From Vicugna vicugna (taxonomy: Eukaryota): 64,000 nt of DNA. Shown here one piece after another: positions 53,150-64,000 of this stretch (positions are counted from its first letter, which is position 1; each line of letters starts with the position of its first letter). The stretch spans positions 682,001 through 746,000 of the forward strand of contig MU058059.1 of NCBI GenBank assembly GCA_013265495.1, in the 5' to 3' direction. The position numbers and the translations under genes were made by a program. Below the pieces are notes generated by a model. It saw only the letters and a list, made by a program, of their open reading frames with translations, had not been told where the DNA came from and did no database searches.

Positions 53150-53696
53150 GCTTTACACCCTCCATTCTTTAACCTTGAGATTAGAAGTTTGTTCTTTTCA
53201 TGAGAATCATTTGATGTTCAGAAGACTCAAAAAGCCTTGTGAAGTGACTTTGAAAACCCCTTGAGATCTTTTATGCCACTTTAAGGCAGTTCTTCCTATC
53301 AGTAGGTATTTGAAATCTCTCCCCAGCAAATTATCATTTCTCTTAGCACACTGGGCCAACCTGCAGGTTTAAAATGGGTCAGGGATTTGAAAAATTCAAA
53401 GTAAAATCCCCTGAATGAAGCAATGTGATTACATAGAAAGACTCAAAGAGTCTAATCATTTTTGATGCCTCATTGGACTGTGACCTTGAGCCACTTAGTT
53501 AACTCTTTGACTACTTCGTTGTATAAAGCCAAGACAAGCAAGTGTTTGGATCTGCCAACTTGGCAGGACGAACGAGATTGTCAGGAACAATGTCTGTCAG
53601 AAGAGAAGGCACACCTCAAAAGATGACCCAGAAATCCATAATTTGTCGAGTTTACTTTGCCAATCCGAGCAGGACTCTTTGCTTCTTTATGGCCCC
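53150..53696 (-). pseudogene. Two candidate exons of one eTudor (53615-53696 and about 53150-53410)
   Basis: cccag|GAIKKQRVLLGLAK*TRQIMDFWVIF|gtgtgc; then cttcattcag acceptor and NLQVGPVC/CAKRNDN/ERFQI/NCLKVA/RLFESSEH. Confidence 0.5.
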
Positions 53697-54209
53697 CTGG
53701 GAACACAGTATTAAGTAAAGGTTTGAACAGTATGCATGCCAGTGGATGGGCTACAGTCTGAGGGGGGTGCAGCTCCAAGCACATTAATTATTCTTTTCTC
53801 CAAGCTTGGACATGACAGAGGAGGAGGAAGCATTTAGGTTGAACAAAAAATAGCATTAGATTGCCTTCTCAAAACTACTCACTCCTTACCATACATCATC
53901 AATAAAAGATAAAAATCTCCTCTTCAGGGCTACAAATGGGTATTAAATATAGCAGTCACTTATACTTTAACATTAAAAAGCACTAAGTTAATTCAGGCTC
54001 AATAATTGGGAGTTTTTAAAATTATTGTTAAAGGGAACAGAAGGAGGAAAAGCAAGCGTGGAAAATAAATCCTTTCGGAGTGGGGAGTAGAGCTGACCAC
54101 GTCGGCCTTGAGAACTTGGGAGCACATTGGCGCCAGGTGCACACGGGGTGCCTGGGGGATGGGGTGGGGTATGGATGTGGAGAAAGAACAGGAGAGAAGT
54201 GGCCCTCAT

Positions 54210-54400
54210 TTGCCAGGTAAGCGTCTCAACATCCCTTTGTAGGAAGTCTCCCTGGAGGTTTATCTTCCTAATGTCTTGACTGGAGTAATTAGGACTTGCT
54301 CGGAAAACTGCAGTCTTCTTTCTGCTACAAAAATATTCCAGCCTGCCTGGTCCTGTAGAGCCTATTTCCAGTCCTAAAGTACCAGCTGAGTCCCTGTCTC
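54210..54400 (-). pseudogene. Candidate eTudor exon
   Basis: Long polypyrimidine acceptor ending ccccaag; YFRTGNRLYRTR / KKTAVF...SSQDIRKINLQGDFLQ. Confidence 0.5.
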
Positions 54401-54811
54401 CTTGGGGATAAAAGTGAGAAAGGAGAAAACGAAGAAGAGAAGGTGAAAAGCTGCATGCCCCGCTCCCTGCAGACACAGGAAGAGGCAGGTCATTCCGGCT
54501 CTCAGGACGCGAATTCCCTCCTTCTGTTCCGTTAAGATTGCTACGCAAGTTAAGCAACCAGAAATGATTCTCCATAAATGAGTTAAATCTGCAAGACTGA
54601 CATCATTCAGAACAAAGCTGCTTTATCTTGGGCCTTTTTCAAGTGGTCAGGGCTATTCAGACACAAGAAGGAGCCAAGGCAAAGTAGAGTCAGTCTTGGA
54701 ACGCTCACTGGGAGAGCGGTAAGACTTGCAAGACACGCAGGACTTGCCAGATTGCGAGGTCGATGTCCGTGTAAGCGAGGGTCCCTAAGGAGACGGAAAC
54801 CGCGGAGTAGC

Positions 54812-54931
54812 GGAGGAGGGTAGAGCTCTGTGGTCGCGTACCTGCTTAGCGCAGATGAGTCCTGGGGTCAATCCCCAGTACTTCTGCTTAAATAAATAAA
54901 TAAATCTAATTACCCCCTCCCCCCAAAAAAA
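54812..54931 (+). mobile_element. Diverged camelid-type tRNA-derived SINE
   Basis: gagggtagagctctgtggtc...gtcctggggtcaatccccagtac...aataaatctaattaccccctcccc. Confidence 0.85.
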
Positions 54932-56059
54932 GAACTGGGAGCAAATAGCTCTTCAGTTTTGCTCTTTTTTTTTTAAAATAAAAGCCACTTTAAAAAAAAG
55001 CACATAGTAATGTAGTTGAACATAAAGAATTATTATTAACATGGAACTGGAATAATGAAGAATTGGCTAATGAGGGCTAAAGAGAATTCTTTAGAATTTA
55101 GGAGGAACAGACATATGGTGCAACCAGTATCCCTAAGGTTGAAACAGGATACCCGCAGAAGGGGCCTCCTCTCCAGGGCTGAAATGCTACCCTCATTGGA
55201 AAGGGCAAAACCATAGCTCTTTGGATGGTGAGGAGCTCAGTGGGACTTGCTAAAGTCTAGGCACCAAGGGAAACTGTTGGCCTCTGGGAACTCCTGAAGT
55301 TGGGAGCTAGAGGAAGCCTTCCCAGGAGGAGCCCAGCACCGTGAAAAGCCTTGACTGTGAGGTTCCTGGGGCTAGAGACCTGCTGTTGCAAACGCTGACC
55401 ACTGAAAAAAGTGCACCACGGGGGCTCAGGGCTGCAGGAGGTCAGCACCGCAGAAATTAGACTCTGTGGGATGTCAGTACTGGAGACACTGGAGACACTG
55501 GCCAAGGCTGGCAGGCGAATGCACCGAGGGCAGCTATCTTGGTGAACAGCCCCCTCACCAGCAGGGCAGAAAGAAGTCTTAGGTGCATGAGGTCCATGCA
55601 AGGTGGTCACCAGGCCAGAGAGGGCTGCGACCTTGCAAAATGACGGCGTGCTCTCATTTCATTTCACAAAGCTTGAATTGAGCGCCACTGGATGCTCCCT
55701 ACTCTCTTCTCCCACCACACACATACACACACACACACACACACAACTGATAAAACCATGGAAAAGGAACCAGGCAGTGGTGACGCAGAACTGAGAAGCC
55801 CCATCGTCTATGCTGTCCCTCCAGCTCCCTCTGCCGGCAAAGCTTGACATCACACCTGCAGCAAACGTGCTCCGTTGTGGCAGAGAAGGCAATGAAGGGT
55901 GACGGTGCCGCTGAGAAGCAACAAACTGGTAACTGGTACAATGCCCAGGAAAGAATCAAAAAAGCCGATTAAATGTACCTGTAAATGATTAAACCAGTAC
56001 CACTTAACTGGGAAATCCCATTAACGTACCATCTTGGATAGGGAATAACTAACAGCAGT

Positions 56060-57412
56060 TTACTTTTATTGATGGATAAATGACATGTGACATTGTTAGT
56101 TTCCGGTGCACAACACAGTAATTCGATATTTGTGTATATTGCAGAATGGTCACCACAGTAAGTCTAGTTAACATCCATCACCTTACATAGTCACAATTTT
56201 TTTTCTTGTGATGAGAACTTTTGAGATTTACTCTCAGCACTAACTTTCAAATTTGCAATACAGTACTGTTAAATATAGTCACCGTGGTATACATTACATC
56301 TCTGTGACTTATTTATTTTATAACTGGAAGTTTGTATCTTTTGATTTACTTTCCCAATGCCCCACCTCTGGCACCCATCAATCTGTTCTCTGAATCTATA
56401 AGTTCTTTTTTTAAAAAGTTCTACCTATGAGTGAGAGCATACAATATTTGTTCTTCTCTAATTGCACTTAGCATATTTCCCCCAAGGTCTATCCATATTG
56501 TCACAAATGGCAAGATTTCATTCTTTTTTATAGCTGAATAGTATTCCATTCTACATTTTCTTTATCCATTTGTCCATTGATGGACTCTCAGGTTGCCCCC
56601 ATATTTTGGCTATTGTAAGTAATTCTGTTTTTGTTTTCTTTGAATGAATACCAAAAAGTGGGATAGCTGGATCATACATCAGTTCTATTTTTAATATTTT
56701 AAGGAATCTCCATAATGATTTCCATAGTGGCTGCACCAATTTACAGTCCCACCAGAAGTGCCTGAGGGCTCCCTTTTCCCCACATCCTTGCTAACATGTT
56801 TTATTTCTTGTCTTTTTGATGATAGTCATTTGCACAGGGGTGAGGTGATAGCTCATTGTGGTTTTGACTCTCATTTCCCTGATGGTCAGTGACGTTGAGC
56901 ACATTCTCATGTACCTACTGGCTATCTGTATGTCTTCCTTGGGCAAATGTCTACTCAGACCTTGCTCCACTTTTTAAACACATTGTTTGGGGTTTTTTGC
57001 TGTTGAGTTGTATGAGTTTTTTTTTTAATGTATTTTGGATATTAACCCCTTATCAGATACATGATTTGCACATATTTTCCTTCACTCAGGAGGCTGCCTT
57101 TTCACTTTGCTATGCATAAAATGTTTATAGTTTGACGTAGACCCACTAGTTTATATTTACACTGCCTTTGCTAAAAATCATTGACAAGGCTGATGTCATG
57201 GAAACTACCAACTATGTTTTTTTCTTCTAGGATTTCTATGGTTTCAGGTCTTACAGTCAAGTCTTTAATCCATTTTGAGTTATTTTTTGTGTAGGATGTG
57301 AGACAGTGGTCTAATTTCATTCTTTTGTATGTGACTGTCCAGCTTTCCCAGCACCATTTATTGAAGAGACTTGTCCTCTCCCCATTGCATATTCTTGGCT
57401 CCTTTATCACTA
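56060..57412 (-). mobile_element. Truncated L1 (ORF2 C-terminus and 3' UTR)
   Basis: [11 protein letters not shown]...[21 protein letters not shown]. Confidence 0.92.
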
Positions 57413-58564
57413 GCTTCAGTTTCATTAATGACAAACTATGCATTGCTCACCCGAGTCCACCAATCTAATCTAGCAGATGAAAATGGCACAATTAAAACCT
57501 ATCATTGGTCACAACCCCAAATCTTCCTTCCTCATTTACTCAAGCCTCATCTTCCAAAACCTGAGCTTTAGAGTTGCACGTGATCCCTCTGATTCTGCAG
57601 CCCTTCTCTCCCAGTGTTCAGTGAGTCACCACCATGACTGTTTAATCTTCATTTTCACTGCTAACAGTTCAGGGACTTGGCTCCTAACACCCTGATTTTT
57701 ACAACAGCTTTCTGGTTCATGTTTCTATCTTCCCATTTTTACTCCTCCAATATACTGTGTAATAATTGTCACACTGTCATCTCTCTACACCCTATAGTTG
57801 TATCACATTCATTTCAAAAAGTAAATGTTTTGTTTTAGCAAATTAAAACTTTCTTAAATTTACATAAAATGTTCTACACTCGTGGACCTCAAATGGCCTT
57901 TCCAAGCTATTTTATTAGACAGCCTTTTTGCTTTGTATGGGCAAGTGGCATCTCTCTATGCACAGTGATTTCCATGCCTTCCAGCCTCCCCACTTTGTCT
58001 CATAAAGCAAGAAACTGAGGGTTTACTCTCCTAGAAGAAAATGGTGTGGTACAACTGGGGAGAGAAACTGAAAACACTTGATTCAGTACATTCTGGATAC
58101 TCTTTTTGGAAAAGTGTGCCCTCAGGTTGCAAATATTCTTTGCATCTCTAGGCAGGAACCTTATAGGGGAATAAATTTGCTGTTCTGGTGAATGTCTCAA
58201 TGCACCAAGCAGAGAGCCATGTAATGAAATACAAGGAGGTACATTTGGCTGCAGATCTAAACCATATTCTCCAATCCAGCTTTTATAAAATTAAAATTTA
58301 TAAAATTAAAATTTGGTCCCCATCTGTTGCACTAACATATTTTACTTTCATGTGATTCTAAATTCTGGAGAAGAAGAATAGTACTTGGCTCTCTCCCTAA
58401 GCCCCACCCCTCTGCACGTCGCCAGACCACAGCTCACACCACCAAGGCATAAGTCAAAACACTGGTACCCAAAGAGGTTAAGGCGACTTGCTCAACTGTA
58501 TGTCTATCTAGTGAAAGAATGACTTATGCAGTCCAGTTTCAGAAGTCCAAACGTAATTATTGGT

Positions 58565-58752
58565 AATAAACCATGATTCCTTCTCTGTGGGAGTCATTGG
58601 GGTGCCTTTGAAAACCTGGTGAAAGCTAAGAACCCTCTCTTCCAAAAAATGCACATCATCACAATAACACTGGTAGCAACTTCAGGAAGTTTACAGGATC
58701 CCTACAGCCTACAACTGACCCTCAGGTGTTCCATGGAGTCCAGGGTAAGACT
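58565..58752. mobile_element. hAT-Charlie MITE (MER103-like)
   Basis: cctttgaaaacctggtgaaagctaagaaccctctcttccaaaaaatgcaca...tccatggagtccagggtaaga. Confidence 0.6.
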
Positions 58753-58840
58753 TCAAACAAACTTTTGCTCTGCTTATTCCTAATTTCTACTTACATTCTT
58801 CCTCCTACTCTGATTTCATCTTCCTTCTTGAAAAGCTCAC

Positions 58841-59085
58841 TCTTTCTACAATGTCCACTGGTTTGGGGTCACTTAATTTAAAATTTTAAAGTATTAGTTA
58901 GCATGCTTCCCAACTCCATGTTCTTAGTTCTAAAGGGCATTTAACTGTAGAAACAGCTAACATGCCCCCAGGACAACAAGACGCAGCTATTAGAACATGT
59001 ACAAAGCATTACTCCACACACAGACTCCGGAAACTAGGTTTTAAAATGGCTGAACTACACTGAATTTTGAATATTGAAGTGATGC
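58841..59085 (-). pseudogene. Candidate eTudor exon
   Basis: Acceptor tgtgatttcaag, donor AGA|gtgagc; single frame AILKPSFRSLCVE*...MLAVSTVKCPLELRTWSWEAC*. Confidence 0.55.
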
Positions 59086-60793
59086 CTTGAAATCACACAA
59101 ACACATGTGCAAAAATTTAAGTGGACAGATTTAATAAACCGGGCACACGGAGGCTTGGTGAGTACCATCAGGGTGCCTAGACTTGAACTGACCGAGCATG
59201 TTAGGTTGAATGCACATATAAAGCTGATTAATAATGAACAGCTGGCACAGCTCTAATATTCATTGATTCTCAGATCATGCCAGTTTTTTTCTGCAGAATG
59301 AAACATGCAAATGAAAATTATTCATATTATGCAACATGAACATAATCGCGTCTGTCTTCCTCTTAATGTAACAGGATGTTCAGTGCAAGTTTCCTCCAAG
59401 GACCTAAGGACAACACATAGTGCCTTCCAAAGAAAGCGCCAGACCGTATGCGGAATTCATAAAGGAGATGTCTGGAAACCATTCCTAAGCCTCACCCCCC
59501 ACTCACGTTAAATGTATGAAAAAATTAAATTTGGCTACTGAGGAGGGTTTTATTTGGAGCAGGGAGAATCTTCGGAGAGAGCTCTCCCTGCAAGATCAAA
59601 GAGAATGGATGCATTTCGTCCTCATCTAAAGTCAAGAGAAAGGGACCCCTAAGTTAGAGGATACGGTCAACTGCTGTCTGCTTCCTGCCGAGAAGACCTG
59701 TGCTGTAGGAGATAAGGATTGAAGGCAGAGTCAAGGAAAAGGACTGGATCTTGGGCGTCTTGCATTAGACGAGATTTTCAGAGCAGAGAATGTATGAGTG
59801 CTTGGGGTGCCTCCAAGGTGGTGCACTCATGGGAGACCCCACGTTCAGTCCCATCCAAGGGCTGGCTGATGGCTTTAGACATCTGCCAAGTGTGTAGAGT
59901 GCTGATGCCAGGTCATGGAAGAGCCGTCGGATAAGAAATTTCTTGACCCTGTTTCCTCACCTTTCTCCTTGTACACAAGCCTGGTGGAGTAAGAACAGAA
60001 GTGGGGAAAGAGACTAGAAGTGGACCAGGTCCCCCGAGCCAACCCGAGCCCCTGCACCGGTGACAGGTCCAGGCCGGAGGAGGGAGGAGACCCACCTTTA
60101 GATGACGGATACAGTTGTGGGGCTGAATGTTAGCCACTGGGATGGAGCCATTTACATCTGCCGGGAGAGGCCAGAAAACACAGCGAACCCGACTTACATT
60201 TACTCCTCAGCATAAGAGAAACGAGGGGTGTGGGAGCCAAAAATAAAGCTGGTGATGATTAAACTGCCCAGGAAGTGTTTGCTCAACATTTATTTGATGT
60301 TGTGAAACCAAAGGAGAGAAAACTTAATCTCCATCCTTTTTCAAAAATACATTAAGATATAAAACAGGTCTCACACGGCTCTAGAAACAGGCAAACAGAA
60401 GTAAAGATAAGCAGGACTCTGCCGAGGGGGGAATGAAACGCACCGACAGTGGAAAACAGTCTGGTCCGTTTACGCTAACTGACGTCGGTGAGATAAAATT
60501 ATCTCACTCTTCCATGGTTTTAAACACAGAAGCATAACGTGTTGTGCATGAACTTGGAGGGAAATTAACTAGCATCATGGTTATCACCAAGAAGAGCTTG
60601 CCAAGGCCCCAAAGTAGACAGAAACACCAACCCAAACACCGTGTTTAATGACACAATAATACAAAGTAACACATTATGAGCCCAAGGTTATAACCTGTGG
60701 GTGCATGTTATTGCAACATAACCCTGAGGGAGGCGCTAGGCAGAGTCAAGAAAAGGAACTGAGATGACGAGGTGTTTGGGTATGGCTTGCACA

Positions 60794-62412
60794 CAGGCAT
60801 ATCTCATTTGATTGTGCTTTGCAGATTTGCTTTTTTTGTTGTTGTTGTTGCTTTTTATTTGTTTGTTTGTTACAAATTGAAGGCTTGTGGCAACCCTGGG
60901 TCAAGCAAATACATCGCTGACGTTTTTCCAACAGCATTTGCTCTGCATGTCTCTGCATCTCCTTTTGGTAGTTCTCACAGTATTCCAGACTTCTCCCTCA
61001 TTATTACGCTTGTCATGGTGGTCTGTGATTAGTGATCTTCAGTGTTGCTATTGTGACTGTTTTGGGGTGCCATGAACCATGCCCCTGTATCAGAGGGAGA
61101 ACTTAATGCGTAAATGCTGTGTGTGAGCTGATGGCTCCACCGACTGGCCCATCCCTCTCCCTCTCCTCGGGCCTCCGTGCCCCCTGAGACACAGTAATAT
61201 TGAAACTAGGCCAGTTAGTAACCCTGCAATGGCCTGTACATTTTCAGGTGGATGCAATGTTCACACACTCTCACTTTAAATAAAAATCTAGAAATGGCCA
61301 CGCTTAGTGAGGGAGGCAGGCCACAAGCCCAAAGAGGCAAGAAGCTGGGCTTCTGGTGCCAAATAGCCAAGCTGTGAACGCACAGGAAAAGGTCTTGAAG
61401 GAAGTTAAAGGTGCGGCTCCAGTGAACACACGAATTATAAGCAGGCAAAACCGCTTTATTGCTGATACGGAGAAAGTCCTGGTGGTCGGGACAGAAGCCA
61501 AAGCCTAAGCCAGAGCAAGGCCGTAACTCTCTCCAGTTCTGTGAGGGCAGAGAGAGGTGAGGAAGCTGCAGAAGGGAAGTCTGAAGCTAGACGCTGGCTC
61601 CCCAGGTTTAAGGAAAGAAGCGCCCCCGTAACGCGCCGGCGCCGGTGAGGCAGCAAGGGCTGAGGCAGGAGCAGCGGCGGGGCACCCAGAAGCTCCAGCT
61701 CAGACGGCTCCTGAGGGAGGCCACCCCAGACAACGGGGCTCAGTGCGGACGAAGAGCCTCCACTGGGAGAAGACGCCGTCTGGGACTTCCACAGCCAGAG
61801 AGGAGAAGTCAGCGCCAGGCCTCAGAGCTCCCAAGGACAGGCTGACTCTCGTCAGGGGCTAAAGCAGCTGGTGTCTTTAAGCTGAAGCCAGTGCCCACTT
61901 TCCATTCAAAAACCCTAGGGCCCTTTAGCATTTTGCTGAATCTATTCTTCCTTTGCCCTGAAAATGGAACAACAATGCCTGGATGACAGCGTATCTATTT
62001 CCAACATCATCTACTGAATATTTTAAGTTCACTGTTGAGAACTACTGCTGGGGTGGGGGAGATCCCTTTCAAAAGATTTCCTCTCGTTGACAATGCGCCT
62101 GGTCGCCCAAGAGCCCTGACGGAGACGTGCAAGAGTAGCGTTTTCTCATGCCGTTACAACTTTAGGGTAAGGAGCTGCTTCTTATGGAGGAGCAAAGAAC
62201 ACGGTTTCTTGGGATGGAATCTACTCCTGGTGAAGATGCTGTGAAGGTTGTTGAAATCGCAGCAAAGGGTTTGGAATATCACATAAACTCGGCTGATTAA
62301 GTGTCGGCAGGGTTTGAGAGGACTGACTCCAGTTGTGAAAGTTTTACCGCGGGTGGAATGCTATCAAACAGCACTGCATGCTGCAGAGAAATCTGATTTG
62401 ATTTGATGCCTG
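60794..62412 (+). mobile_element. Tigger1-family TcMar DNA transposon, internally deleted
   Basis: 5' TIR caggcatatctc, decayed transposase (aaggacaggctgactctc, aacaatgcctggatgacagc), short 3' TIR remnant atgcctg. Confidence 0.92.
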
Positions 62413-62830
62413 CTGCACGTACAGCATCAAACGTTTGCCTTGGCATCCCTGAACGACGGAAATCTTTTTTTAACTTTTCCATTTTAAAATTGAGCATCAG
62501 TTTGTGTGTGTGTGTGTGAGAGACCCTGCCGCCAAAAACACACTAACATGCTCACTGTAAGCTGAGATGAAGCAGAAACCAATGAACCTTAAAAAGAGTC
62601 TTGAGACAGGAAAAACATCAGATTCCAGGGAGCAAACTGATGCTGTCATGACAATTTTAATTATGAGGTGTGCTTTGAATCCACATTACTTTGAAAGATA
62701 AAGGAAGCACTGATACCCAGTCAAGTAGATTTGGAGGGCTGAGTGGTTCAGTCAAATAAATTATTGAATCTCCCACTTTCAGCAAAATTCTCTTGCTTTC
62801 TATCCTCATGTGTCAAAGAAGAATGAATTC
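62413..62830 (-). pseudogene. Candidate eTudor exon cut by Tigger1
   Basis: Acceptor ctttatttcag; RILLKVGDSIIYLTEPLSPPNL...SISLLPGI*CF / HVSVFLAAG / EKLKKDFRRSGMPRQTFDAVRA, then the Tigger TIR. Confidence 0.6.
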
Positions 62831-63379
62831 CTGAAATAAAGGCAGTCAACTAACATGTAAATCTCTCTTTGAAGAAGTATTGAGACGTTTCTGTAATTTT
62901 TCACGGTCAAGCTGTACTAAATATGCACAGGATTTGGCTTTCCTTGACATAAATGTGGACAGCTGAAGTTAAGACCGACAGACAGTGGGTGAGGAACATA
63001 CGCAGCCAGGCACAGCACGTCAGTCTCCTGCTGGGACCCGTGTCTTCACAGAAGCTCCTGGTGACATCCCTTCCATCACAGCAGTAAGCTGCTTCGAATG
63101 GTACCCTCCAGCACCTGTAAAATCTAGAGGTTCCTGGCTCCGGTGGCCAGTGGGGCTTATGCTCGAGGGTTGCACAGGACTGAAACCAAGGGAGAAAGAG
63201 TTCTGAAACAGCAGCTCCCCCCGGGGCACAGCAAGAGGCAGGAGTCCAAGGAGGAGCCTGCTCTTTCCGTGACAGAGGCGTATGGGCTCATCACCACAGC
63301 TGCAGCCCGAGGGGCAGGCTGCTAATGAAGCACGTCCAGGGCCTGCTGCAATCCTTTCCAGAGACATCCCACCGCGTGT

Positions 63380-63830
63380 GCCGTCTTTGTGTTCTCCCTC
63401 TGCTGTAACTCCCAGAGGGGAGCTTTCACACACATCTGGTGCCTGGTTTTCGCATCTGCTGCCCTAGGGGATATCCCCGACCACCTGGCTCTGGTGCCCA
63501 GGGGGGCGCGTGTTCCGGGGTCGCTTGGGACTGTAGCAATCAGAGACAGTTCTGGGCAGACTAGCACCCCCAGGACACTGTGCAGACAGCAGACCACGGC
63601 ACCCTGGTCTTCCTGTGAAGAGCCCGCTCGCTAGTCCTGAAGGCACTTTCCTTGTGTTAAGCTGATGTGATTTCCAGTTAATTCGCAGCTGCAGCGTGAC
63701 CGATCCACCTTGCCTGGTACCAACAGGGAAGTTTGTATGTGGCTGCAATGGTGGTGACCACACATTGTCCTCTGTGGCAAAATCAGAAATTGATTCCTTC
63801 TCACACGGAGGCATTTTCACAAGGTGCTCA
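63380..63830 (-). pseudogene. Candidate GC-rich eTudor exon
   Basis: QGKCLQD*RAGSSQEDQGAVVCCLHS...SGISPRAADAKTRHQMCVKA in one frame; boundaries not defined. Confidence 0.45.
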
Positions 63831-64000
63831 GAGATAGCCTCGCCCCTCCCCCCGCCAGGATGCAGGCAATGCCCCTCCTCTACCCAGGTGCTTTTGGCTC
63901 CTGAGCCCTGGCTTCTGGCAGTCTGCCTCTCTGCGTGGCCCCCACCCTTCCAGGCAGCCCTCTTGGGCAGAGGTTTTAAAGGACTAGGCTGACCATACCA

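Larger units (their letters stand above)
8850..63830 (-). pseudogene. Decayed multi-exon, multi-extended-Tudor-domain gene (unitary pseudogene candidate); both ends uncertain and may run off the window
   Basis: More than 15 minus-strand segments, most with polypyrimidine-AG acceptors and/or GT donors, translate to ordered eTudor motifs. Examples: THILSTRRFYM (19352-19384), HFYRMVELILPATIRVLFVDAG (49173-49238), and the WxxEA helix as WSLEAARW (25491-25514), WKREAV (39075-39092), WGQEAV (44254-44271), WSWEAC (58901-58918). Many stops and frameshifts. Confidence 0.72.

Noticed and set aside
53988..54575. 195-aa minus-strand ORF as a real gene
   Set aside because: It runs through a polypyrimidine tract and low-complexity sequence; only 54210-54400 has Tudor-like content, partly in other frames.
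58281..58314. Short tandem duplications (also 26821-26857, 32860-32900, 55480-55501) and CA/TG/TA microsatellites
   Set aside because: Ordinary slippage products.

Overview
Mammalian, repeat-rich genomic DNA, most likely camelid, judged from three tRNA-derived SINEs of the camelid type and artiodactyl-type L1 3' ends. I see no intact protein-coding gene. Bases 1-5309 are a young-looking but dead LINE-1 with an internally inverted, partly duplicated ORF2 segment next to a 142-N gap. The rest holds older L1, L2, MIR, hAT/Tigger DNA transposons and ERVL LTRs. The main result comes from hand translation of the non-repeat islands on the minus strand. Between about 8.9 kb and 63.8 kb they contain many splice-site-bounded segments that read, across stops and frameshifts, as pieces of extended Tudor domains (about 10 or more). 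This suggests a large, intron-containing, decayed multi-Tudor gene (unitary pseudogene) that I cannot match to a named TDRD gene. One of its dead exons lies inside a CpG island. Two others appear to be interrupted by insertions (a Tigger1 and an inverted local L1 copy). All homology calls are from motif recognition by eye, not from database searches.
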